DNA of 63,575 nucleotides, the filler included, from Phoronis australis (lineage: Eukaryota > Animalia > Phoronida), in assembly GCA_002633005.1 (NCBI GenBank). It is 9 parts of 9 records of this genome, joined end to end, with 100 filler letters (N's around TTAATTAATTAA, not from the genome) between each part and the next. Parts side by side here need not be neighbours in the genome. Positions count along the whole stretch, not along the records: positions 14,671 to 35,119 come from NMRA01000761.1; 8 more parts are not named here. One strand, written 5' to 3'. The notes beneath the pieces are model-generated. The model made no database searches. It was not told where the DNA came from and saw nothing but the letters and a program-made list of their open reading frames with translations. Below are positions 20,620 through 33,301 of the stretch, piece by piece. The position numbers were made by a program, and so were the translations under genes. Every line of letters begins with the position of its first letter. The stretch's first letter is position 1.

Positions 20620-21792
20620 ATGGCGGACGGAAGTGGACGAGATGACGCTCTGAGCACTAATTATAAAGAAGTGATAAACAAGACGTCGAACGCGACTATC
20701 AACCCTCTGGTGTGGCAGAGTAGCGGTGAAGTGGGCGTGGCTATATACGGTTATTTGTTTACAACTGTCGCTAGTGTAACATTTTTCATTAATATTATCA
20801 GTTTCGTAGTCCTGACGCGGACTATCAACCCTGTCAACATGATGCTAAGCGCGATCGCAGTGTATGACTGGATCACGTGTCTTGTCATGCAGCCAATGTT
20901 GATCTTCTTCTTCTTACTGGGCAATCATTCTGAATGGGTGCCGTACGACTGGTGTATGACTTTCAAGGTGACGCTTATGTACATCCCGGCGACGTTCCAC
21001 ACAGCCTCACTTTGGACAACTGTTGCAATGGCGGCGCAGAGGTATTTTGTCGTTCGCAAGCCATTCCTGAAGCATTTTGTAACAAAAAAACTGACGTTGA
21101 TATTGATTATTGGCGCATTGGTGATTGGCTTTGCTGTCAATTCTCTTCGAATGTTCGACTCCAGTTTTGAAGCAGTGGTGGTCCCATCGAAGAAAAACTC
21201 TTCGATTCTCATGTTGGGGTGCGTAGAAAAATACGCGCAATGGATCAGCGACCCAACCAGTTACTTTTCTACATTCTTTATCGTCAAAACCTCTTTCCAA
21301 AATTTCTTACCGACCATAGCCCTCTTCGTTTTGAATGGTCTGCTAATTCGAGAAGTGAGAGTTGGAAAACGACTAAGTAGCGGCCGCGACACAGTCTTGT
21401 CCCTGAGCGCTAATCAGATGAAATCAGTGGAGTCTACAAGTACGCGTATCACCTTCATGTTAATTGCTGTTCTCGTCACCAACCTTTGCGCTGAAACCCC
21501 TATGGGCATCATGATTGCCCTCATCATCAGCGCACAGCTTGGTTTCCCGGTATTAGATCCCCTTTCACTCTCTGCGGGAATTCTTGTGGCTGACACTATA
21601 ATGACGTTCAGTTATCCAGTAAACTTTTTGATCTATTACGCCATCAGTTCAAACTTCAGGAAAACATTCGTTGAGCTCTTTTGCCCCCGCGCTGCTCAGG
21701 CGTCTTCAAGGCCCAGAACAAACGAGTTTAAGCGGAACAAGACAGGCAGTAGCAATTCTGCTTCGACCAGTCAAAGCAGTCTTCATATTTGA
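20620..21792 (+). CDS. SPR: Class A neuropeptide GPCR, sex peptide receptor / MIP (allatostatin-B) receptor-like, 390 aa, single coding exon
   Basis: Seven hydrophobic segments and N-terminal sequons (NKT, NAT). Family motifs VPYDWC, YIPATFHTASLWTTVAMAAQRY and SYPVNFLIYYAISSNFRKTFVELF. The probable start ATG at 20620 follows a pyrimidine tract and TTATAG acceptor at 20606, so the ORF-track Met at 20542 is likely intronic. Confidence 0.9.
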   Translation: MADGSGRDDALSTNYKEVINKTSNATINPLVWQSSGEVGVAIYGYLFTTVASVTFFINIISFVVLTRTINPVNMMLSAIAVYDWITCLVMQPMLIFFFLLGNHSEWVPYDWCMTFKVTLMYIPATFHTASLWTTVAMAAQRYFVVRKPFLKHFVTKKLTLILIIGALVIGFAVNSLRMFDSSFEAVVVPSKKNSSILMLGCVEKYAQWISDPTSYFSTFFIVKTSFQNFLPTIALFVLNGLLIREVRVGKRLSSGRDTVLSLSANQMKSVESTSTRITFMLIAVLVTNLCAETPMGIMIALIISAQLGFPVLDPLSLSAGILVADTIMTFSYPVNFLIYYAISSNFRKTFVELFCPRAAQASSRPRTNEFKRNKTGSSNSASTSQSSLHI

Positions 21793-22299
21793 CACTGGCG
21801 TTCAGAGAGAGCGGGCAATTGAAAGAGCAACTTGCAAACTTTTTACAGTTTGCGATTCTGGTGAATGTAAACAATTAAGATGACACTGACGTGTTCAACT
21901 ACATCACGAAATACCCTTAGATGAACCGTTTAGATTTTTGATAATTATTTTTAATTCACGGGTAGCGGTGTTGTAATGCAACGGTTTGACACTCAATATA
22001 ATTGGGAGATTTCCCACCATTTGCCGTCGATTGACTCATCTGATTGTGTCGCAAGGCAGCTTGTCCAAAGTTCCAATTGTGATTTAAAAATCTATGTTTC
22101 AAATTGTTAATTTTCAAACGAATATTGGAATTCGAAACGTGGACAATGTCCATGATAGCTTGTTTCAGTTTTAAAAAATTGAAAAATAGCTCATAAAATA
22201 TAGAACATTATTTCAAATTTCGTCAAAAGTCAATTAGAATTGAATCGTGGAATTGGAAACTGTCACACCGTTTTCAATATAACATGTAGCATTTATTGA

Positions 22300-22545
22300 G
22301 GAGGAAGTGTGGCCTGGTTGATAAGTGCCCGCTTTCTTTACTCGAGGTCGTGGGTTCAAGTCCCACCATGTCACACTGCTAAACCCTTGAGCCAGGTTTC
22401 TAGCTCCTCAGCTCGGTTTTAACCATATATCAATAAAGCATAAAAATACTTCCAGGTGATCAGTGCAATGGGCCCACATGCGAGGCCTGCGCACGTCTGA
22501 TACAACGTGTATCAGACCGCCTGCAATTATTTTTATTATTATTGG
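22300..22545 (+). mobile_element. tRNA-derived SINE
   Basis: A-box TGGCCTGGTTG (22310), B-box GGTTCAAGTCC (22353), CCCTTGAGC core, 3' hairpin GTCTGATACA..TGTATCAGAC and a (TTA)n tail. Confidence 0.7.
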
Positions 22546-25500
22546 CATTTATTGTGTAGTTTTAAAAGATATGTTGTAATCACATATTTCTGCCGGCCAC
22601 TTATGTCTTTCATTGAGGTGCAATTGTTGTATCTTTGTATTGCGTTTTACTTACTGCAATGTTTAATCACATTTTTCTAAGCGTTAATCGATTTTTCGCA
22701 TTCGTTACGCAGCCGTTTTATTAAGTTTTGGGTTTAACTATTTCCTGCCGATGTTGTAAATGGGGGCATTTCAATTTTAAAGTAACGCTCCTGGAAAGTT
22801 TTTTCATAATTTAGACAACGAAACAAGTAATTAAGTGAGAGATATCAGTAGCTTGCACCAGGTTGGTGTTGACTTCAGTTATAGATCATCAACAACAGAT
22901 TCTGAACTCTGATATTGACGTTCATATGAAATTACCGGAAGAGGTGCCACTTTTGGGTTAGTAAGCCGACGACTTGGGCTATGATCCACAGTTTGAGTGG
23001 CTGAATTTGACGTTCTAACTGATCTGGGTCAGTGAAACCCCTTGTTTGTACCCTGTCTCATGACTGACAGAACGCTCACTCGATGGGGTTTCTCAAAGTT
23101 GAAGAAATTCAACAAAGCCACGTCTTTATGTTTTGCTACGTGTACAAAAATATAATTAAGTTGCCAAAAACGACCAAAAATGTGCGACTTGGCCTTTTCC
23201 CTCCCAATGTCAATTTCGCTACGGCCCTGGTGCAACTTAGAGATAAATTCCAGAAGTGAAGGTTGAAATATGTCGTCACCGACAAGATTTTTGACGATTT
23301 CTATACTTGCCTCAGGTTACATCTCGCTGGTTCCCTGCGTGCCGCTAGGTGGTAGCAAGCACGCAGATATCACTTAATTCTCATCGGGATTTTTTTTACA
23401 CCGGCGTTTCTGATTGGCTGGTTGAACTCTAAACAGGCATAGCTTTACGCAAAACAAACTGGCGCGACTGATGGGGAAGTCTAAATGTGGTCTGTTGTAC
23501 AGACAAATCGGTGCTTAAAGTTCATGTTCAAGAAATGTGAATAACAGAAAATTGTGAACGGTTGCGCCTTTTCAGAGTACATCTTTCTGCTCGCTGACTT
23601 TTGTTTACGTTGCTGTCCTGTATTCATATAGTATGAATAACACCCTAGTTAAATCGGCCAGATGGCGACGTGTTTCGTGTAGGCCTACATGTATGTGCTT
23701 CAAGCACGCGTCTTTTAAACATTACTGCAGAAACAAAATAGTTGCTGCAACGCCATTTGCATGACAAGACTAAAAATCGTCCATAGTCCCCCATTTTTTC
23801 TCACTTTATTGTAAAGCTAACCAGTGACTGCCGAGGTTACAACAACCAATGATAAAGCGCGTGCTGGCTACCAGCGAGAGGGTTCATGGGATTGCGCCAA
23901 AAAGTCATCACTGAAAAAGGATGTGCACTGAAGCTGGCGGGTAGACAGTTAAGAGTCGAAGCCATATGTGTGAACTTTAATTTCTCAAAACAACTTCTGA
24001 GTACTAGGTGCCAGTCAAACATGTGGTGATGTCTCCGTTGTTCTGTCGGAAAGCGTAGCAGTGGGTATCATTGCTCTCTTGTTTTGTTCCAAGTCAATTA
24101 CATGGCTTGTTCCCTAGACATTTTAAAGCAATGACAACTGTTCTCAGCCACTCTCAACAATACTTCGTGTATCCTTACGTGTTTGCGTTAAGTGTTCCTC
24201 ATCCAGACGGTAGAGTATTACAGGGTCGTCGGCTTCAACTTTGTCTGCAGCGCAGCTCAGCAGTTCTGAAACCCCCCGCACTATGTGTTTACATTAACGA
24301 TAGTGTGTGTGTTAATAACAGGCCTTCATGCGTAATCAAAAAGAAGCCTAGAAATTCACAAACTACATCACAAACCACATTTAGAAGCCACTTTCCATTA
24401 TCCCAAAATATTGCTACACACTATGCCAAAATTTCTCCACGTGGCCGTTGTTCTTTTTCTACGGCACGTTTGATGTACCCCATTTCCGTTTTGCAGTAGA
24501 TATAACATCAAATGTGGGTTTGAATGCATTTGTGTATGGAAAGGTTGCCATGGAGATAATGGTCGAAGCTTAATATCAAAACATATAACCATGTGATGCA
24601 ATATAAATGTTTAGATTTTCACAAAACTAAACATATTATCTGAATTTTATTTTACTTGTGCTTGTGTAACTAACACATACATAACATGTTTCAGGTCAGT
24701 TTTACGAGCAAAATATGCATGTTGACAAAATTTAAGAATTTATAAAATTATCTTTTTAGATTTGTCACAAGCCAGATTTGAAAATATACCCCCAGCAAGA
24801 AATTGTTAACTACCTGACGTAATAGCTCAAAGGTGCTAATTTTATCCATAAAAACATACAATGTCTTTATATTCCAATGGCCTTTCTACTCTGTTGTAGT
24901 GCACAGCATGTGCAGTACTGTATATATTTGTAAAACACAAACTTCACTGTTCAATATTATTTTCCACAATATTCAAACTCGAATGTGGGTTTGAGTTAAC
25001 ACGCGTCTGTTTGTATTTGGATAGCTCAAAACTACTTTTGAGTTCTCACCAAAAGTTACAAAAGTTTCAGCATCAGTTAAAACCATTGTTTTCCTCACAA
25101 CACTGTTCACCCCGGCCAACCTGCGATCGAGAACGATCGATTGGTCAGAACAATTGTATGTAAGTATTGCCCAATGTATACATGTATATGCCCACTTATT
25201 ATGGCCATTTAAATCTACCTAAACACTACAAAATTTGCAGTAAGTACTGGTAGTGTTAAAGGTCCTTAGGAAATAACACAAATATAGAAAGAAACTTGAG
25301 GAAAAAAGGTTCAAAACAAAACGTCAAAATACTATCACATCACACAACTAACAACCACAAACTCTGTAAATCAGAATAAACATTGATCACAGATAGGACG
25401 CTGAATCGACTTGGTTCCTGAGCACGATGCTGTGTTTTACTATATTGGTAAAAAATTGACGCATGCAACGTGTCAATCACAGGGCTGGTAATGATCTTTC

Positions 25501-27056
25501 TTTGTTGCAGAGTCACTGTATTTTATTGCCATGTAGTCATACTAAGTCGATTTCTTAGTTCCTGAACGAGGCTCCACAACACACACACACACACTCCGTT
25601 GTAACAAGCAGCAGTTGTACATGTACTTCTCTTTTGTCGAAGGCGTGGACGTTTACACCCTGCAGGACTTGTCGTGTGGCTACAGTTCAAATAAAAAAAT
25701 CAAAAGCAATCAGTTATGTTTGTTAAGCTAATTCTCACTTAGAAATAATGAAAAACGGTGAAATGTAATTAATTATTAAGCCATCAATTAATTCAGGCTC
25801 CGTATTATTCTAAAATTGTTGACATAATGTGTAACTTGAACGACTATTCAGGCCAATACAAAGAAAAAAATGTGCGTTCACGATCGTTTTTTTGCGTGCG
25901 CGATCGCCATAGAGAATTAACGACTTCGTTCCCGATTGCCGTCTCACACAAGGACCTGTTTGCATTGGTAAATATTTCATTTTTTTCAAAAATTATAACT
26001 AACAAAGGTTCACCAGGGACGATTAAACTATAAAGTCACACGTCTCTACTTAAGAACCCTGGAATTGCTAGTAACAAGTAGAAGTTGTCGAATTTACGAG
26101 GCGCAAGGCATTTTACCGAAAGCCTTTGCTTTCAGAGCTATTTATTTTAAAAATAAGCAAAAGCCAAGTATTATTTCAGATCCACAAAAAGGTTACTCTC
26201 TGTCGCTTTTCTGTGTGTAGCATTCGTAACAAAGTGGCCTCTATTTAAGCAGAAAATGACACTTAAACTCACCGGGTACGTAACTGTCGCCTGCCATTTT
26301 TGGTGCAAGGTCTCGTTCACGATCGCCTTCCGGGCGTTCTTGATCGCGGCTTGGCCGGTGTGCTGTTACACGCTCAATATACAAAACAACGGCCCTGGGC
26401 ATTTTTTGTTCTTGAAACTGATTTTAAAAAGTGGTTTTCAACCAATTTTCTTGAACTTTTTCAAATTTTCACGTTTTCATAATGCTCAGAAAATTAGTGT
26501 GTTGAGGGTATGGTACTAACATAATGGCTTTGCATTTCTTTAAGCAAAATGGAGTATTCGCTTTCACCCAATTTTATAAATTATTTGATTAAAATCTACA
26601 TTTTTCTTTTTTGAAAAAATTAAGCTCCACTTCCTCATTTCAGATTCGAATATAAACATCAAAACTGCTAAACATATTTTGTAATTTTAGGGCATGTGGT
26701 TCACCGAAAAGACCATCAAACTAGAAATATAGGTTTCTAGGTTACCAATTCAAAATTAATGAGAAAAAGCACTTATCTGGTTTTCAATGAGTCAGTTTTA
26801 CAAACCGACAATGGAGTATACTTAAAAACCAAGTAATCAAAATGTCATTCTACTGGCAATCAACTAGAACATAAGCTCTATCAAGCTGCCACTAGAGCTA
26901 AAAAATTAATTAAAACAGCCCTTTTATAGTTTCCCAAAATTGGAAAATTTTCTTGCAGAATTTTACAGAAAATGACTGACTACTACCTGAAAGTGTTTAG
27001 TTTTTTGCAGACACTACTTCCATGAAAACATGTCCTTCTCTCATACACATACGGTT

Positions 27057-28330
27057 TCTAAACTTCATCAAATTCATCATCATCATCATCATCACTATCG
27101 TCTATAAAAACGTCAGTGGGACCACTGTTATTGCAGTTAGAACACCTACACAGATCCCAGCACGGCAGATTTGAGACAAAAACAGGAGCAAGGTTTTACT
27201 GAGCATAGGCTTGTTTTACACGAGCATACCAGTGACTTGATGATATTACAGTAGTGACTCTGTAGACATCCAAATAATAAATACTGTGTCATCATCAACT
27301 TTCCAACCGTGGCCATCTGGCGAGGGAGCATTCATTATTGGAGTCAGAGGCAAGCAGTGGGTCCTCGCTTGGTAGTTGCACCATTTTATATGATACATTA
27401 ATTACTCGTGTGTTTTTGCTTAGATGAAACGCAAAGAAATGTTGTATCTCACTTCACCGAAACTGAGGCAATACAGAACATACAATTGGCACACAAATAG
27501 TTCCAGAGAAGGGAAGAGACTTTTGGACAGCTGGAATTTAGCACCCAGCTCTTGGGAAGCTTTCAGAAAATTCGAGTCTGACAAAGCCAGCCGCAACGCC
27601 TTCGTTTTCCCCTTACCAACGAATGCACTAGTGATGTCACTACCTGTAAATAAAGTCAACGCATCACTTTCAGTGTCGATTTCAAGGGCCGCTAAATTCA
27701 CTCTTGAAAATGAAATCCAAAACCCGTTTTAGAACGGCACTTGAGTTAAATTGAATGGATGGTAAAAATGCAATCCGCTTCCAAAAATTCATCATTGCGT
27801 CATTAAAGGAATGGACTTTGTTGTAACTCGGCCAAAAAACATTTCATTGGAAAAACCGGTTTTATTGCCCTTTTAAATAGTTTTACAATAAAATGTTTTT
27901 TTTAAATATTTATTTTGTACAAGTCGAAGCAGTGTGTTACTGTTAGTAATAAAGTAGCCAGTGACAAATAATGAGCAAGTTTGCATACAGTAAATTTTCT
28001 TTTCTCATTTTTAATTCTATCAAAACCGATTCAGAATATGTCATATAGATTTCACTGAATTTAGAATAACTTTTACCTGTAAAGCTAAGCAAGCCAATGA
28101 GAGCTGAGCAAACGTCCGAGAACAAATTCTCAACCACTTTCTCAACATCAATTATTGACTCCAAACATCAACAGTATATCTTGAAATCAATTACCGGCAG
28201 CTGCAATACATTGTTTGTCGATGATACATCTGGTGAGAAATTCACTACCCAAAATAACTGTTGTACTCATTTGCAACCTTTCCCATCGCACACGTGACAA
28301 TTCCTCTAGTTTTTCGGCGGTTGTTGACGA
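27057..28330 (-). mobile_element. Decayed Academ-like transposase C-terminus (XPG/PIN-like + CXC cysteine cluster), intron-containing
   Basis: ALIGLLSFTG | SDITSAFVGKGKTKA, LELFVCQLY, CSCKTSLCSVKPCSC and an acidic DDDDDEFDEV* tail. Many stops and frameshifts. Confidence 0.65.
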
Positions 28331-29444
28331 CAAATGAACAAGGCATTGCCCGTTGTCTATTTCTGGTTATCTGACGCAGCACCGTCCTCAAACGAAGTAT
28401 CTACTGTATGGGTAGGAGCCTCTATCAAGTATATGATCTGATGATCAAATATCGATGACAGATGTAGCCAAAATACATGTAAGCACAGCCCAGACACAAT
28501 GCCAATGGCACGAATAATGAAGAGGTACATGTGTACACAGAGCACAATAAATGGCAGATCCAAGTCAGAGGTCACTGGGCATACAGCATTGACCACATCA
28601 CAATAGCGTTCAAAGATTCATCACACAGCGAAAGGTACTACAAACTAAAGGTCAAAACGTGACATCCCGGCAATGTCACGATAACCAGATCGAAGCTTTT
28701 GGAGCTAAGAACAAGGGAAAATAACATTAAAATGTCTTGTCTCAGTGTCACTATCACTTGCTTCCAATGTTCCAATGCACGTAAGTATACACTAGTATCG
28801 CGCGGAAATTGTATAACACAACAGTGGCTCGTAACATCTGGTTTTAGTCAGCAGACACACAAATGCTGCTAATTCTTATCTTACTTGAGGAAAGTGTTCC
28901 AAAATCTGGCGGCAATTTGTCCGTATTGTGCGCGCGCAGCAAAATATCGCAAAAATATAATCCTAAGTTTAATCCGTAATTTTTGATAGAAAAACCATGA
29001 CTTCGATGGAGAATTTTTTTATTGCAACTCATATTAGAGTTGTCTTTATAATCACATTCACAAAGACTAGTTTGCAAATTTGTTTAGCGAACTGAAGCGC
29101 TACACCTTACGCATGAAGGCCTAAAAGGAAATTCTGTGGCACATTCTATGTTGTGTATGTCTAATGTATATGGACTAAATGAGAGTTCAAATCTGTTGTG
29201 AAATCACTCGGAGAACAGGTGCATTATATTCATAAGAGACAAAGACATATGTAGTAAATATTGTTGTTAAACAGTGTTGTTGGTTACGCTTTATCGTAGA
29301 TTGCCTATGTGCATGTGGTAGATTTCAACAAAGGTTCTAAATTGTTTACTTTCAAATTCCTGCTTGGTTATTCACAGTCATTTTATGACCATTCTCTTGT
29401 GCCATAACACGTGACATTATTGGGTGGCTTTATATGTATCATTG

Positions 29445-32400
29445 CTAGTGGAGCAGATACGTGCAAAAATCAATCAATGTTCATTCATGATACAAGCACC
29501 AAATTTGGTCTGCGTATCCAACAAAAAGTGTCATTTCTTAAAAGAACATTATCCACGCAAAAAAATAAAATGGCGGCCATTTTCAAGATGGCTGACATTT
29601 GCTAAACTTAATCGCACATGTTCTTCCACTTCATGGGGTTGTTGAGCATTGCTTGATTTTGGTGTCAAAATATATGTAATTTTAGATATAGAATCTAAAA
29701 TTTTATGTTTGAACAAACTATTGTGAACATTAGTAGTATGTTTTGCTCATTTTATCTGAAAATTAGGGAAAATGTACCCTCAACGTAGAGGAAAGTAACG
29801 CACCAAATTCAGCAAGCTTGGTTAATCTTTATATTTCGTCAATATATCTTTGCTCCTAGATGGCTTGGAATTTTAGTTTTATGGTTGCACACACATTTTG
29901 GGTATATACACGTAGGATTAAACAATTTTTTTCTAAAACTCTATATATAGTTACAACTACCTTCAGTACAAATCCTAAATATATTTAAAAGAACCACAGA
30001 TAAGCAAAAAAACTGTGTTTGTATCCGCTGTTATGCGTTTGCTGAGAGATGAAGCTCAGTCTGTAGCCACAGTTCGACATGTAATGGATAAGATCGGAGA
30101 TGAAGTGAAGTATCTCAATCCTGGGAAAGTGCCTGTGATCATTGCGGGGTCAAACAGTTTACGCGATAACCAACCAGGTTCAGTGGCAGTGGGTTGTAGA
30201 TTATGGAATGTAGAAGTTTGTCATCATATTCAGAGGTTTACATATCGAAATGATCGCACTGCGCTCTCTGGGTTCCCTTCTCTAAGGCAGTGGCTGGACA
30301 GGAGTTATAACTGAAGCAGGTGTGGCCTCACCTGGTACAACTGATTTAATCCTGTCAGCTGCAAATGTCACGAAGACAGGCCAAGCCCATCAGATGACAA
30401 TGTGTAGCCTCTTCAGGCTCCTGAAGTCGGCCTCTAATGCCTACTGTTCAAAGAAACAGTTGTCACCTAATCCTGGAATCATGAATTTTAAAGACTGGTG
30501 CGAAAGTCGAAAATTACGGAGCCTTCAGTTTCAGCACGGGCATCTTGTGCTGTCGATGGAGTTAGCCACTTCGATTTTCACCAGGTCTTCCAGAGAAGTT
30601 AACTTTAGTTTCCATCAACGGTGTGAGTTGATACCTGTTCGCAAACAACAATGTGAACTATGCTTGGTGGCTTCCAATTCAACTGCTTGACAGGATGACG
30701 AAACACACCCTCAGGTTGCAGAAGCTTTTCATGGTGAGAAGTTTGTTGTCCATAAGTCAGCCAGAGCTTTTTCTGCAATGGAAATCGACCATGCCCATGA
30801 GCAGGCCAATGCTGTCGTCAAAGGTGTTGGTGGAGTGCTTGGAATCATCGAAGACGCAACAGCACTAAGAAGGTGGACAGTTTCTTGACCTGTTTTTTCT
30901 CAAATCATAGCGTAATATGAGGGGTCATCAGTGTTTAGATCGAGATGTGGCCAAGTAGACAAGCCAGCACGAACGGATCGTGTCCAATCAGAGGATATTC
31001 CTAGGCCAGCACATCAGAGGAAATGGGCAAGCCATTGGAAGAAGAAAATGGATGTCTGCTGAGGCTGCAAAACAACGATGTTGCTCAAACGCGGCCAAGA
31101 GGGTGTTCACACACTTCTCATTTAGAAGGTGTTTTGGGGAATTGATAACAACGCTAGTGAATGAAGACGCTGGCTCCTTCTATGCTCCTATCAAAAAGAC
31201 GAAGATGAACTTCTTTCAATAAGAAAAACTACAAACTTTTGCAAAAGATAAAGTGTTGAAAGAAGACTGCCATTTGTTCTCGAGGCTATTCATCTACATG
31301 TACTGTCAGAGTACATAATGTGATCTTCAAAATTTTTTCGCCACGATTATCGGTCATTCCCAGCAGCTGTCAGCGACAGCGGAATGCTGCATGCCTGCTA
31401 GAAATTACAGATACAATGAAGCTGCAATGCTTGAAGGAAAGGTCACACTGTCTGATGCGGAGCCTGTGACTGATGACATCATAATCGATGGCGCTGCCCC
31501 CAAGAACTTCGAAGACATCTGTAGAATATGCCCTGCTGGAATTTGTCCCAAAAGTTGAAGCATGGGTCATGAAGTATCAGAGTGTTTATTTAGCGTCCAG
31601 CCTGAAATCAGAAACACGTCGAAACGTGGTCAGGGAGCCAGACGCCTGGTCACAAGGACTGGAAAGGTGCCACGAAACTGGTGTATCTTCCTCTGTCAGT
31701 CTCTGAACTGTTTGAATTTCACTCAGGAACTGCTCCCGAATTACCATACCTTCACCACTAAAGGACCCGATGTCCTCAGCAGCCATCCTGAAATGAATCT
31801 GAGAGGGATTACTCTTTGCAGTCATGAGGAAGCAGACACAAGAATCTTCCTACGTGCCAGTCATGCTCTGAAGGAGGGCAGACAAAGAATAAAGATAAGT
31901 GCCAATGACAGTCATATTCTCGTGATTGCTGTCAGTATCTTCACATAACTGCAAGAACTCGGACTTCGGGAATTGTGGCTTACTTTTTGCCAAAGACACA
32001 GTCTCAAGAGGAATCTAGTATACGAGTTTTAGTTTTGACTCTTGCTCCAGAAAAGATCCACAGGATGTTGTTCTTTCACTCCTTCACGGGCAGAGATATC
32101 GTTCCGTCATTCAGGGGAAAGGGGAAGTAATCAGCCTGGCGGACATGAGATGTGTACCCAGAAACTTCAGGGGTGTTCAGCAAGTTGAGTTGCTATCCAT
32201 TGAAGACCATGACACGAAGTTGTCAGGAGTTTGTCATTATGATCTGTACGACTGGTTTAGTTCCGCTGAAGCAGTTGACGATGCACGGCGAGAACCTTTT
32301 TGCACGAATGCAAAGGACGTATGAAGTCAAACCTCTTGATTTTCTGCAGCCGTGTGCAGCACATCAAGTGTTCATCCTATCAGACAGAATACATATGGAA

Positions 32401-32925
32401 CCAAGCCCTGGTTTGTCAGCCCAGTGCGGAGGGTCCCACGGAAGATGCAAGTGTTTAAGTCGGGCTTGAGATGCACGGCTTTGTGTAGCTGCGCGTGCAC
32501 TGAGTGACGCATTCATGACCAAAGAGACTTACTGCGAGTTGTTGTTGCAAAAACAGTTAAAATTGTAAAATAGTTGTATATGCTGAGCAAAATAATATTC
32601 GGAGCTACGTCTAGTTGCTAAAATGATATTCTGAAGTGTCTGAAATTTGTGATGTGGTGTTCAAATCAACAAAATTGGATACCTAGGCCGATTGATATCT
32701 ACAAAATGAAAAACCAAGTTGCCAATGGCGACCATCTTAAAAGAATATCCGCCATTTGTATTTTTTATGTGGTTAACGTACTTTTTGAAATCAGGGTGTG
32801 AGTGAAAGTTATCTATCCTCTTCATCTTGGTCGCACATGTATACAGCTAAGATGGTCGTGGGCACGTGATTGCAAACTTGGCGCTATCTTTATGAGAAAG
32901 AAACGTTACAAATTCCACCAGTTAT
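29445..32925 (+). mobile_element. Decayed Academ-like DNA transposon
   Basis: Ordered motifs from 30015 to 32505: VATVRHVMD, GLHIEM, SGWTGVITEAGVASPGT, FSAMEIDHAHEQANAVVKG..LRRW, SHEEADTRIFL, FFHSFTGRDIVPSFRGKGK and a terminal Cys cluster. Degenerate inverted ends (ATACAAGCACCAAATTTGG ~29490 vs CAAACTTGGCGCTATC ~32873; AAAATGGCGG vs CCGCCATTT). Exact termini are approximate. Confidence 0.72.
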
Positions 32926-32964
32926 ATGATTGCACGGGCGGCGCATTATAGCTAGAGGGCTGGG

Positions 32965-33117
32965 TGTAATGTAGTTACTTTAGTTTACCCTAGAGGCCGC
33001 TCTTTGTATAACACACAATTTGATGACGTAGCGATAAGTAGTGTCAAATTTACTAGTCAGATAATAAATCGTTACCAAAGAAATCATCTTTATATACAGT
33101 ACAATGGCGACGAGGAT
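32965..33117 (+). mobile_element. Short Gypsy LTR (32965-33103) plus primer-binding site; duplicate at 34301-34453
   Basis: TGTA...TACA termini, AATAAA at 33063, then TGGCGACGAGGAT, complementary to the 3' end of tRNA-Ser(GCT). Confidence 0.7.
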
Positions 33118-33301
33118 CGAAATGGACTCATTGCATATACTGCACATACATCAGGGACACTTCTGATGTGGGTGAGCCAAATATCAGATTTCAAAAACGT
33201 TGACTTTAGTCGTTAACCTTACTGGAAAATTCCACTCTCGCTGGCGCGTGCAAAAATACAGGGTGGACGGAAACGCGTATATGTGACACTGTAGTGACAA
33301 N

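Noticed and set aside
20925-21596. Antisense and alternate-frame ORFs over the GPCR
   Set aside because: Shadow ORFs with no independent motif.
22300-22370. tRNA gene candidate
   Set aside because: A and B boxes are present but there is no proper cloverleaf, and it continues into a SINE body and tail.
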